This document shows positions 38,587 through 48,362 of a stretch of 64,000 bases of DNA, one piece after another. Position 1 is the first letter of the stretch. Every line of letters begins with the position of its first letter. Below the pieces are notes generated by a model that worked only from the letters and a program-made list of their open reading frames with translations, made no database searches and had not been told where the DNA came from. The stretch comes from Bacteroidales bacterium (GTDB lineage Bacteria > Bacteroidota > Bacteroidia > Bacteroidales > GCA-2748055), in assembly GCA_030673645.1 (NCBI GenBank), contig DAOVIO010000009.1, positions 83 through 64,082 on the forward strand, written 5' to 3'. A program made the translations under genes and the position numbers.

Positions 38587-40995
38587 ATGTTACTTTCAGA
38601 GTTAGAAACAAATAATAGCGGAGTAATTGTAAAAGTGCGTGGTCATGGTGCATTTCGGAAGCGTATTTCGGAAATGGGCTTCATTAAAGGACAGAAAATC
38701 TCTGTTATAAAAAACGCTCCGCTGGCTGACCCTGTACAGTATTCAATTATGGGTTATGAAGTTTCTTTAAGAAAGGCCGAAGCCGCACTTATTGAAGTGA
38801 TTACTGAAGGGAATTACGTAGAAAAACCCGAATACTTTGGCACTCAAGAATTCGATTATGACAATCAAATACTTAGTAAGGAAGAAAAAACTATAAATAT
38901 TGCTCTCATTGGCAATCCAAATTCAGGAAAAACTTCAATCTTTAACTCAGCCACAAGATCCTCTGAACATGTTGGTAATTATGGTGGCGTTACAGTTGAC
39001 ACAAAACTAGCCAGGATTGAATATCAAGGTTACATTTTCAATATTTATGACCTTCCCGGAACATATTCTTTAAGTTCTTATTCTCCGGAAGAAGTTTATG
39101 TAAGAAACTTCATTTCAGAACAGATGCCCGATATTATTGTAAATGTTCTGGACTCAACTAATTTGGATAGAAATCTATTTCTGACTACTCAATTAATTGA
39201 TTTAAATCTAAGAATGATTATCGCTCTTAATTTCTATGATGAATTTAAGAAGAGTGAAGCAAAATTTGACCATCAAGCATTCTCACAACTGGTTGGAATA
39301 CCAGTTGTTCCTACAGTCGGTGCTAAAGGTAAGGGTCTTGCATTATTGTTTGATACAATCATATCAAAATACAAACAAGAAGAAAAAGATAGAAAAAAGA
39401 TTCACATAAATTATGGACAAGATGTTGAAAATTCATTAGAAAAAGTTAGGGGGATTATTCACAGGAAGGAGAATTTTCATATAACAGCCAGATTTTGCGC
39501 ACGTTTCATATCGATTAAAATTCTTGAAGGAGATAAAGAAATTAAGAATATAATAGGTCAATGCTCTAACTCATCTGAAATACTGGAAGTTGCTGATTAT
39601 GAAAAGAAAGATCTAAGAAATAAATATGGAGAATCGTCGGAATCTCTAATTACTGATGCCCGCTTTGGATTTATTTTTGGCGCTCTTAAAGAAACTCTCA
39701 TTTCTGTAAAAAGCGAAATAAAAAATCATTCAGAAAAAATTGATAGTCTTTTAACAAATAAATTCTTAGGGCTTCCACTCTTTTTTGCATTCTTATGGTT
39801 TATGTTTATTGCTACATTTAAGATTGGACAGATTCCTACTGAATGGATAAATCAGGCTATCGTCTGGTTAATCTCGAAAGCAGAAGTTTGGATCCCTGCT
39901 GGTGATTTCCAGAGTCTGGTAACAAGTGGTATAATTGGAGGAGTAGGAGGAGTTATTGTCTTTCTTCCCAATATAATGATCTTATTTCTATTCATCTCTT
40001 TCCTTGAAGATTCCGGGTATATGTCAAGGGCTGCCTTCATTATGGATAAATTAATGCATAAGATAGGTTTGCATGGCAAGTCATTTATTCCACTTATAAT
40101 GGGTTTTGGATGTAATGTGCCTGCCATACTCTCAACACGTATAATTGAAAGTCGGAGTAATCGTTTATTAACCATGTTGATTTTACCTTTCATGTCGTGT
40201 AGTGCCCGATTACCTGTATATATCTTAATTATCGGTGCTTTTTTCCCTTCCTACCAGGGCACAGTACTATTTGGAATGTATCTCACAGGTATTATTCTTG
40301 CTGTTGGATCTGCTATATTATTCAAGAATGTATTTTTTAAAAAGGATGACTCACCTTTTGTGATGGAACTACCTCCTTATCGTATGCCTACATTGAGAAA
40401 TGTTTCCAGACATATGTGGGAAAAATCATTTGAATACATTAAAAAAATAGGTGGAGTTATATTAATTGCGACCATTATTATATGGGGACTCAACTATTAT
40501 CCTCAGAATTCAAAACTTACTTCTAATAATGGACATGCGATTGAAAATACTTCTATCGATTCTCAGTCATCCAAAAAAGAATACTCATACTTAGAGCGAT
40601 TTGGGAAATTCATTCAACCTGTTATGAATCCATTGGGATTTGATTGGAAAATGACTGTTAGCATACTTGCAGGTATTCCCGGAAAAGAAATTGTTGTAAG
40701 TACGATAGCTGTTTTATATGAAGATGAGGGTGAAAATCCAGATCTCAGAGAAAGGTTAAAAAATGATGTTTACGAAAATGGGGATAAAACTGGTCAGAAA
40801 ACTTACAATCCTGCAGTCGCACTAGCTTTTTTAATGTTTATCCTGATATATTTCCCATGTGTTGCTGTAATCGCAACTATTGCAAAGGAATCTGCTTCAT
40901 TAGTCTGGCCTGTTTTAATAGTAGTTTACACATCAATTCTCGCCTGGTCATTTTCATTTCTGGTATACCGGGTAGGTTTATTAATAATTAATTGA
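38587..40995 (+). CDS. feoB: Ferrous iron transporter, FeoA-FeoB fusion
   Basis: N-terminal FeoA/SH3-like segment (VIVKVRGHGAFRKRISEMGFIKGQKISV), G-domain GNPNSGKTSIFN / DLPG, and a C-terminal polytopic gate domain; 802 aa. Confidence 0.95.
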   Translation: MLLSELETNNSGVIVKVRGHGAFRKRISEMGFIKGQKISVIKNAPLADPVQYSIMGYEVSLRKAEAALIEVITEGNYVEKPEYFGTQEFDYDNQILSKEEKTINIALIGNPNSGKTSIFNSATRSSEHVGNYGGVTVDTKLARIEYQGYIFNIYDLPGTYSLSSYSPEEVYVRNFISEQMPDIIVNVLDSTNLDRNLFLTTQLIDLNLRMIIALNFYDEFKKSEAKFDHQAFSQLVGIPVVPTVGAKGKGLALLFDTIISKYKQEEKDRKKIHINYGQDVENSLEKVRGIIHRKENFHITARFCARFISIKILEGDKEIKNIIGQCSNSSEILEVADYEKKDLRNKYGESSESLITDARFGFIFGALKETLISVKSEIKNHSEKIDSLLTNKFLGLPLFFAFLWFMFIATFKIGQIPTEWINQAIVWLISKAEVWIPAGDFQSLVTSGIIGGVGGVIVFLPNIMILFLFISFLEDSGYMSRAAFIMDKLMHKIGLHGKSFIPLIMGFGCNVPAILSTRIIESRSNRLLTMLILPFMSCSARLPVYILIIGAFFPSYQGTVLFGMYLTGIILAVGSAILFKNVFFKKDDSPFVMELPPYRMPTLRNVSRHMWEKSFEYIKKIGGVILIATIIIWGLNYYPQNSKLTSNNGHAIENTSIDSQSSKKEYSYLERFGKFIQPVMNPLGFDWKMTVSILAGIPGKEIVVSTIAVLYEDEGENPDLRERLKNDVYENGDKTGQKTYNPAVALAFLMFILIYFPCVAVIATIAKESASLVWPVLIVVYTSILAWSFSFLVYRVGLLIIN

Positions 40996-40996
40996 T

Positions 40997-41206
40997 ATGA
41001 TACAAGAATATCTAGCTTTTGGAATCTTTAGTTCAGCCATTCTGTATAGTTTGGTTTCATTAATAAGATTTGTGGTGAATTTTAAAAAGAATTATCATTC
41101 AGGATGTGGAATTAACTGCAATTGCCAGGGAAAAAAGAATCATAAACTATCCGGTGATATGATTAAAGCAAAAAATTTAAGTTATAAACATGTTCATTTA
41201 AAATAA
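40997..41206 (+). CDS. FeoB-associated Cys-rich small membrane protein
   Basis: One TM helix followed by GCGINCNCQG. It starts 2 nt after the feoB stop. Confidence 0.75.
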   Translation: MIQEYLAFGIFSSAILYSLVSLIRFVVNFKKNYHSGCGINCNCQGKKNHKLSGDMIKAKNLSYKHVHLK

Positions 41207-41255
41207 TCCCTTAAGATTCCCGCTTAATTTTTATCTTGCAACAAATATTAAAATT

Positions 41256-41753
41256 ATGCCCGAAATTCTAATCTTAATCTTTGCCATTATATTAATTATT
41301 TTAGGACTTGCTGGTTGTATTCTGCCAATAATTCCTGGCCCACCGGTAAGTTTTGCAGGACTTTTGCTCTTGAAATACACTAATTTTGTGGAGGCTGGTA
41401 AATTGGATGATTTTGATACAAACCTCTGGTATTTAGCTGGTGCTGCTGTTTTAGTTACAGTATTGGATTACATTGTTCCTATATGGGGTACCAAAAAGTT
41501 TGGGGGATCAAGAACCGGAACCTGGGGAGCTGGACTTGGATTTGTAGCAGGATTATTTTTTGCCCCTTTTGGACTGATAATCGGACCTTTTCTGGGTGCA
41601 TTTATCGGTGAAATAATTGCAGGAAAAGATGAAAAGTCTAGTTTGCGGGCTGCTTTTGGCAGTTTTATTGGATTCCTGACTGGAGTAATCCTGAAGTTTA
41701 TTGTTTCAGGATATATCACGATTGTATTTATCAAAGAAATTATTGTGTCGTAG
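41256..41753 (+). CDS. DUF456 family membrane protein
   Basis: Four predicted TM helices with Gly-rich motifs (ILPIIPGPP, GTKKFGGS, GPFLGAFIGE). Confidence 0.75.
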   Translation: MPEILILIFAIILIILGLAGCILPIIPGPPVSFAGLLLLKYTNFVEAGKLDDFDTNLWYLAGAAVLVTVLDYIVPIWGTKKFGGSRTGTWGAGLGFVAGLFFAPFGLIIGPFLGAFIGEIIAGKDEKSSLRAAFGSFIGFLTGVILKFIVSGYITIVFIKEIIVS

Positions 41754-41854
41754 GATCGATTTTACGAATTTGTTGATGATTCTTCATTAATTGTGTTGGA
41801 GAATGATGGGTTAAATATGGATCGCTATGTATTATCTTATTGATTACCTGTTAG

Positions 41855-41906
41855 TTCTTATTTTAAACCTCGGAGGTCTATAGACCTCCGAGGTTTAAAA
41901 TAAGAA
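41855..41906. terminator. Perfect 52-nt palindrome (26-nt arms); presumed bidirectional terminator between DUF456 and argF
   Basis: ttcttattttaaacctcggaggtcta|tagacctccgaggtttaaaataagaa. I checked every base of the left arm against the right arm, and all pair. Confidence 0.7.
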
Positions 41907-41926
41907 TAATATTCATTTCTCCAAAT

Positions 41927-41958
41927 CCCTCATCTACCCCCTTCTACCCCAAATTCCC
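41927..41958 (-). other. Canonical G-quadruplex motif (G3-N7-G5-N5-G4-N5-G3 on the minus strand)
   Basis: Plus-strand C-tracts lie at 41927-29, 41937-41, 41947-50 and 41956-58, separated by loops of 7, 5 and 5 nt. Confidence 0.6.
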
Positions 41959-42034
41959 ACAAACCAAAACCATCAATAACATATAATAATTATTGAAATC
42001 CAATTCAGTAAATTAATAGGAATAGTAGCAATAC

Positions 42035-43036
42035 TTATGCCCCTAAGGTAGCAACCATTACAGCTTTTATCGTATGCATACGATTTTCGGACTGATCGAA
42101 TACAATTGAATGTTCCGATTCGAATACTTCATCATTTACTTCCATAGCCTCAATGCCAAATTTTTGATAGATCTCCTCTCCTATTTTCGTTTCACGATTA
42201 TGAAAAGCAGGCAGACAATGTAAAAACTTCACATCCGGATTGCCGGTAAGATCCAATACTCTTTGATTTATCTGATAATCTTTTAGCAATTCTATCCTTT
42301 GTTGCCAAACTTTCTCAGGTTCTCCCATAGATACCCATACATCAGTATACACAAAGTCAACTCCTTTAACTGCTTCAGCAACATTATCAGTTATAAGAAT
42401 TTTTCCACCAGTTTCTTTCGCAATTTCACGACATTGTTCAACTAGCTCATCAGTTGGCTGAACTTCCTTTGGGGCCGCTGCACGAAAATCCATTCCTAAT
42501 TTTGCAGCTCCAACAAGCAGAGAATTCCCCATATTATTTCTGGCATCACCAAGATAACAAAAGCTAACCTCACTAAGTGGCTTATCAGTATGTTCAATCA
42601 TAGTCATTACATCAGCTAAAATCTGAGTTGGATGAAACTCGTTCGTAAGACCATTCCATACAGGAACTCCAGCATATGCTCCTAATTCTTCAACTATGGA
42701 TTGTCCAAAACCTCTGTATTCAATTCCATCATACATCCGCCCCAAAACCCTTGCTGTATCTTTCATCGATTCTTTATTTCCAATCTGAGATCCTGATGGT
42801 CCCAGGTAAGAAACATGAGCCCCCTGGTCAAGGGCTGCCACCTCAAAGGCACATCTTGTACGGGTAGAGCTCTTTTCAAAAATTAAAGCAATATTTTTTC
42901 CTTTTAGTCTTTGCTGCTCAGTACCAGCATATTTGGCCTTTTTCAAAGAAATTGACAATTCGATGAAATGCTTTATTTCTTTAGGTGTGAAATCTAGAAG
43001 TTTTAAAAAATTTCTATTTTTTAGATTGAATGCCAT
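42035..43036 (-). CDS. argF: Ornithine carbamoyltransferase (context suggests the catabolic ArcB role)
   Basis: STRTR, HPTQ, SMG and HCLP motifs; 333 aa. It lies directly downstream of carbamate kinase. Confidence 0.9.
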   Translation of the reverse strand: MAFNLKNRNFLKLLDFTPKEIKHFIELSISLKKAKYAGTEQQRLKGKNIALIFEKSSTRTRCAFEVAALDQGAHVSYLGPSGSQIGNKESMKDTARVLGRMYDGIEYRGFGQSIVEELGAYAGVPVWNGLTNEFHPTQILADVMTMIEHTDKPLSEVSFCYLGDARNNMGNSLLVGAAKLGMDFRAAAPKEVQPTDELVEQCREIAKETGGKILITDNVAEAVKGVDFVYTDVWVSMGEPEKVWQQRIELLKDYQINQRVLDLTGNPDVKFLHCLPAFHNRETKIGEEIYQKFGIEAMEVNDEVFESEHSIVFDQSENRMHTIKAVMVATLGA

Positions 43037-43145
43037 AGTATTTTATTTTGTTGATTAAAGCCCTAAAAAGAGATTTTATTATTCCTGATTAAAGTTTTTA
43101 CTGTAATTATATCTAATATTAGAATACAAAATTATCATAAAGCAG

Positions 43146-44102
43146 CTAATCTTCGTAATCCAAAGTGATTTTTGTACCAAAACTTCTATCTTCAAGCTTA
43201 AAAGCCTCAGTTATAACAGACTTAGATCCTCCATTTTCGATAAATTGTAAACAAGCTCTAATTTTCGGAGCCATACTTCCTTCTGAAAATTGCCCTTCAT
43301 CCAGATATTTCTTTGTATCCTGATGATTTAAAAATTCTTTCACTTCCTGTTCTGGTTTCTTATAGTTTATGTAGACAAAAGGGACATCTGTTAATATATA
43401 AAATTCATCTGCTCCAATTCGTGCTGCTAACATTGACGAAGCAAAATCTTTATCTATAACAGCCTCAGCTGGGCGAATATCATTCTTCTCATCAATATAA
43501 ACCGGAACACCTCCGCCTCCAGCAGCGATAACTATAGTCCCCTGCTTAGCCAAAGTTTTGATGACTTTCTCATTGATAATTCCAACAGGTTTCGGAGAAG
43601 GTACAACTCTCCTCCACCCATCTTTAACTTTCACTTCCTCTTTGAATGTCCAGTTTTTTTCCCTGGAAATCTTTTCAGAATCTTCTTTAGAATAAATTTT
43701 ACCAACTCTTTTGGTTGGATTTAAAAAAGCTTCATCCTTTTTATCTACAACAACCTGGGTTACCAAAGTAACTACTTCTTTATTTATTTTGTGCTTATTG
43801 AGAACATTCCTTAGCATCCGCTCAATCATATATCCAATACCCCCTTGTGAATCTGCAACACATATATCCAGAGGCATCTGTGGTATCTGATACATACTTT
43901 CACCAGCATCATTTCTCATTAGAATATTACCTACCTGTGGCCCATTTCCATGACTTAATACCAAATCATAACCTTCACGTATTAAAAAAACAAGATTTTC
44001 CAGAGTATCAGTTGTATTCTGCTCCTGCTCTTCAATTGTTCCCACTTGATCTCCTCTCAATAAAGCATTTCCACCCAATGCCACAACTGCTAATTTATTC
44101 AT
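43146..44102 (-). CDS. arcC: Carbamate kinase
   Basis: VVALGGNAL and AAGGGGVPV motifs; 318 aa. Confidence 0.9.
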   Translation of the reverse strand: MNKLAVVALGGNALLRGDQVGTIEEQEQNTTDTLENLVFLIREGYDLVLSHGNGPQVGNILMRNDAGESMYQIPQMPLDICVADSQGGIGYMIERMLRNVLNKHKINKEVVTLVTQVVVDKKDEAFLNPTKRVGKIYSKEDSEKISREKNWTFKEEVKVKDGWRRVVPSPKPVGIINEKVIKTLAKQGTIVIAAGGGGVPVYIDEKNDIRPAEAVIDKDFASSMLAARIGADEFYILTDVPFVYINYKKPEQEVKEFLNHQDTKKYLDEGQFSEGSMAPKIRACLQFIENGGSKSVITEAFKLEDRSFGTKITLDYED

Positions 44103-44168
44103 AATCTCAAAATTAGAACTTAATAGAACAGAAGATTAAATAATATATCCCTCTCATTCTAAAAGCAA

Positions 44169-44176
44169 CAAAACTA
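44169..44176 (-). promoter_or_regulatory. -7 promoter box TAGTTTTG upstream of arcC
   Basis: The plus strand reads CAAAACTA, an exact TAnnTTTG on the minus strand, 66 nt before the arcC ATG. Confidence 0.35.
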
Positions 44177-44455
44177 AATAAAATATGTATCTGCAGTCAA
44201 GAAGTAATCATTGTTATAAAACAAGTTTTATCAAAAAATATAATTAGTATTTATCTCCTACTTTCAGAATATTTAACTTTTCAAATCAACTACTTCGCAG
44301 CAGAGTTACCATGCTATAAATAGGAAAATTATGTTCTATCGCAGCAAGCTGCGGGGAATATTACCCAAATAGCCTGTTCACTAATTAGCTATCAAAGGCT
44401 CTTATAATAAATCTGTTTAAAACTATTTTAAAATAATTTAATTAAATTTATAACT

Positions 44456-45175
44456 TTGAGTATTATTAATATATTTTATAATTTGTTGATTTTAAGACTT
44501 TTAAAATATTTATCTCTGATATTTATTGCATCAATTTTACTTTATTCCTGTAGTACCAGGAAAGGTGATGAGACTGTGGAAATAAAGATTATTCAATACG
44601 ACGTCACTTATATTAATGAAAATGCCGGTAGTATTCCTACAAGAATATTACCCAATAAAATGCAACTTGTTTTTGGTGATGATTACGCAATGAATTCTAT
44701 AGAAGGTTTTCTAGGTCAGTTTTCCTTAACGTATATAGCAAATCTCAAGAAAAAAAAAGTAACCACTCTGCTGAAATTATTTGATAAAAAATATTATTAT
44801 TTGGGCCCAAATGGTGAATTTCCTTGTGGAATTGATCCTATGAAAGCTATGGTTCTTAAGCCTACAGGAAAGAGTGCTAACATTCTTGGTTTCAAGGCTA
44901 AAGAATATGATTTGGGGCAAATTGGGATTAACGGATTGAAAATATATACAACAAATGATATCGACGTTAAATCTCCCAATAATAATACACCATATAGTTC
45001 GATAGATGAAGTACTCCTGCAATTTTATACTAAACTAAGCGTTTTGGAAATGTATCTGGTAGCTGAAAGTTTTGAAGAAGACAGTGCCTCAATTAATATT
45101 TTCTCAATTCCAGACGATTATGAGCCAGTAACCAGAATAAAAATGGAAAATACGCTTGCTGAGCTGTTCAAGTAA
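44456..45175 (+). CDS. Hypothetical lipoprotein
   Basis: 239-aa ORF with a TTG start. Lipobox-like LLYSC follows a hydrophobic segment. I recognise no family. Confidence 0.55.
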   Translation: MSIINIFYNLLILRLLKYLSLIFIASILLYSCSTRKGDETVEIKIIQYDVTYINENAGSIPTRILPNKMQLVFGDDYAMNSIEGFLGQFSLTYIANLKKKKVTTLLKLFDKKYYYLGPNGEFPCGIDPMKAMVLKPTGKSANILGFKAKEYDLGQIGINGLKIYTTNDIDVKSPNNNTPYSSIDEVLLQFYTKLSVLEMYLVAESFEEDSASINIFSIPDDYEPVTRIKMENTLAELFK

Positions 45176-45198
45176 TTAATTTTATATTTTCTCACTAC

Positions 45199-47499
45199 AT
45201 GAACAAAAAAAAGGGAATAGTTTCAACTTTACGTTCGATAGTACAGTTTTTTAAGGATGAAAAGTTTAAAATTACTTTCGGATCCTTTCTGATATTGTTA
45301 GCCATTTATATGGTATTGGCATTTATATCCTATTTTTTTAATTGGCAAACGGATCAGGATTTTACATGGGCAAAAATATTTTCTGGTCCTGATATCATTG
45401 TTGAAAATCATGCAGGCAAAATTGGTGCCTGGATGTCTGCCTTACTACTTAACAGATGGTTTGGGTTGGCAAGTTTTTCGATTCCTGTTTACCTTATTTT
45501 ATTGGGAATTAAAATGCTTGGCATAGAGATACAAGCCACAAGAAAAATTATTTTTAATCTCACTATCGCAACAATATTATTTAGTGTCTTGTTAAGTTTT
45601 ACCTTTCCTTCAAAGGTCTCATTTCTTGGAAGCGGGCCAGGTGGTGCCCATGGCTTTTTCCTAAATCAATGGTTAAGATCAACTCTGGGAACTGCCGGAA
45701 CAGCCTTTCTTTTGATTATCTTATTTTTATCCTATGTTCTTTATTCTTTCAATAATAGTCTGAAATTATTTTCTTTTAAACAGTCTAAGTCTGAGGAATA
45801 TGATCCTGAAATGGAGATTAAAAATTCTGATGAGGCAAAATTGGCTTCGAAGATTGATATTAATAAGCCTTTTATTGGAGATATTGAGAAAACGGAAGAA
45901 GCAAAACCAGAGAAAAAAGAGAATGCTAATGAGGATATTCAAATGACTGTTCAGCAAGTAACTGAAGAGGAGACTTCCTCAGATACAATAATTCAGGAAG
46001 ATTATGATCCTACTCTAGACCTTTCTTCATATAAGTTTCCTAATCTAAGATTGTTGAAAGACCATGAAACCGGGAATCCTTCAGTTAGTAATGATGAATT
46101 AATAAAGAACAAAAATAAGATCATCGAAACCCTTTCTCATTACAAAATAACAATAGATAAAATCAAGGCAACCATTGGGCCAACAGTTACTCTTTATGAG
46201 ATTGTACCTGCGCCCGGGATTAGGATTTCCAAGATTAAAAATCTTGAAGATGATATAGCCTTGAGTCTTGCCGCCTTAGGTATACGAATTATTGCACCCA
46301 TTCCTGGTAAAGGAACAATTGGTATTGAAGTTCCCAATTTACACCCAAAGATAGTAAGCATGAAGAATGTACTTTCCTCAAAAAAATTCCAGGAAAGTAA
46401 ATATGAATTACCTGTTGCTTTTGGCAAAACTATATCTAATGAAACTTACGTTTTTGACCTTGCAAGGATGCCGCATTTACTAATCGCAGGAGCAACAGGA
46501 CAAGGTAAATCTGTTGGATTAAATGCAATTATTGCTTCACTTTTGTATAAAAAACATCCTGCACAGCTAAAATTTGTATTGGTTGATCCCAAAAAAGTAG
46601 AATTAACTCTATTTACAAAAATAGAAAGACATTTTCTGGCTAAACTACCTGCTACTGAAGATGCTATTATCACTGATACTCAAAAGGTAATAACTACATT
46701 AAAGTCGCTGACACAGGAAATGGACGAACGCTATGATCTGATGCAGTTGGCACAAGTAAGAGATATAAAAGAATATAATCACAAATTTATTAAGAGGAAA
46801 TTAAATCCGGAAAAAGGGCACAGGTTTTTTCCATATATAGTTTTGGTTATTGATGAGTTTGCTGATCTTATAATGACAGCTGGCAGGGAAATTGTTGATC
46901 CACTTGCAAGACTTGCCCAACTTGCAAGAGCCATAGGAATTCATCTGATCATTGCTACACAACGTCCTACAACAAATATTATTACTGGTTCAATAAAAGC
47001 CAACTTTCCTGCAAGAGTTGCATTCAGAGTAATATCTGTAATTGATTCTCGTACAATTCTCGACATGTCAGGTGCCAATCAATTAATAGGAAAAGGGGAT
47101 ATGCTCATATCAACAGGTAGTGATATAACACGACTCCAATGTGCATTTATTGACACTCCAGAAGTTGATGAACTTACGGAATTCATTGGTTCACAAAGGG
47201 GATATTCAAGCGCACATTTATTACCTGAGGTTGAGGAAGTAATTGGTGAGGCAAATGACGTGGATCTTCAAAAAAGAGACCTGAAGTTTGAGGAGGCCGC
47301 CCGATTAGTCATTCAAACTCAGCAGGGATCAACGTCAATGATTCAACGTAAATTATCGCTTGGTTATAATCGTGCAGGTAGAATTGTCGATCAATTAGAG
47401 GCTGCAGGAATTCTAGGACCATTTGAAGGCAGTAAGGCAAGAGCTGTTCTTATCCAGGATGAATTAAGTTTGGAACACATTTTGAATGGTTTAGATTGA
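45199..47499 (+). CDS. ftsK: DNA translocase FtsK
   Basis: N-terminal TM helices, Walker A AGATGQGKSVGLN, Walker B VIDEFADL, and a C-terminal gamma/winged-helix segment (SMIQRKLSLGYNRAGRIVDQLE). Confidence 0.9.
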   Translation: MNKKKGIVSTLRSIVQFFKDEKFKITFGSFLILLAIYMVLAFISYFFNWQTDQDFTWAKIFSGPDIIVENHAGKIGAWMSALLLNRWFGLASFSIPVYLILLGIKMLGIEIQATRKIIFNLTIATILFSVLLSFTFPSKVSFLGSGPGGAHGFFLNQWLRSTLGTAGTAFLLIILFLSYVLYSFNNSLKLFSFKQSKSEEYDPEMEIKNSDEAKLASKIDINKPFIGDIEKTEEAKPEKKENANEDIQMTVQQVTEEETSSDTIIQEDYDPTLDLSSYKFPNLRLLKDHETGNPSVSNDELIKNKNKIIETLSHYKITIDKIKATIGPTVTLYEIVPAPGIRISKIKNLEDDIALSLAALGIRIIAPIPGKGTIGIEVPNLHPKIVSMKNVLSSKKFQESKYELPVAFGKTISNETYVFDLARMPHLLIAGATGQGKSVGLNAIIASLLYKKHPAQLKFVLVDPKKVELTLFTKIERHFLAKLPATEDAIITDTQKVITTLKSLTQEMDERYDLMQLAQVRDIKEYNHKFIKRKLNPEKGHRFFPYIVLVIDEFADLIMTAGREIVDPLARLAQLARAIGIHLIIATQRPTTNIITGSIKANFPARVAFRVISVIDSRTILDMSGANQLIGKGDMLISTGSDITRLQCAFIDTPEVDELTEFIGSQRGYSSAHLLPEVEEVIGEANDVDLQKRDLKFEEAARLVIQTQQGSTSMIQRKLSLGYNRAGRIVDQLEAAGILGPFEGSKARAVLIQDELSLEHILNGLD

Positions 47500-47568
47500 C
47501 ACCAGGCTTATCAATAGGTTTAATAAACTTTGTAGAGCTTAAATGATCAAATAAAACATAATTTAAAT

Positions 47569-48225
47569 ATGAAATTTATAATTCCCATCTTTAGTTTATT
47601 TGTAGGCTTGGTAATATTTGCGCAAGATCCTGTTGAGATTCAGGATCCCAAGGCAGATCCTTATTTGAAAAATATTTCTAAAGACCTTAAAACTGAATCA
47701 CCATACAGAATTGAGTTCAAATATGAGATTTATTCATTGCAGGAAGATGCAAAAGTATCAGATAATGGTACAATTATTATTCATGATGAAAAATACCAGC
47801 TAAAAACAGAAGATACAGAAGTATACTACAATGGGCAAACGCTTTGGTCCTATAATATAATGAACGAAGAGGTTTACCAAAGTGAGCCGGAAGAAGGCAG
47901 TGGCGATAAATTGTTTTCTGATCCATTCAGACTATTGGCAAACTATAATGAATATTTCAAATATAGATTTTTGGGGGAGAAAAATATAAATGCGCAGAAG
48001 CTTATTGAGATTGATTTATATCCAAAGGATCTGGAAACCCCCTACTCTATGATTAAATTATTTACTACTACCGATAAAAGCCTATATTCCATCAATATAA
48101 AGCAAAAAAATGGTATTGATCTGAAAATCTTCATCACAAAAATTACTCATAACATTAATATCTCTGAATCAGATTTTTCATGGGATGAAGCTTCTCATTC
48201 AAATGTTTTGCTCATTGAAATGTAG
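47569..48225 (+). CDS. LolA-like outer-membrane lipoprotein carrier protein
   Basis: Signal peptide. The size, and the position immediately after ftsK, match the conserved Bacteroidota ftsK-lolA pairing. The sequence-level call is weaker. Confidence 0.65.
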   Translation: MKFIIPIFSLFVGLVIFAQDPVEIQDPKADPYLKNISKDLKTESPYRIEFKYEIYSLQEDAKVSDNGTIIIHDEKYQLKTEDTEVYYNGQTLWSYNIMNEEVYQSEPEEGSGDKLFSDPFRLLANYNEYFKYRFLGEKNINAQKLIEIDLYPKDLETPYSMIKLFTTTDKSLYSINIKQKNGIDLKIFITKITHNINISESDFSWDEASHSNVLLIEM

Positions 48226-48362
48226 GCTCAACTGTAAATTAAATGTTGTCTGGGAAGTATTGCCGGGAAAACTCACAATTTTAAAAGGCTTTCCAGCCTC
48301 TAGAAATTAGTATCTAACAATTTTCAATAATATTCAAAATAAGGCTATATGGCTAGATATAA

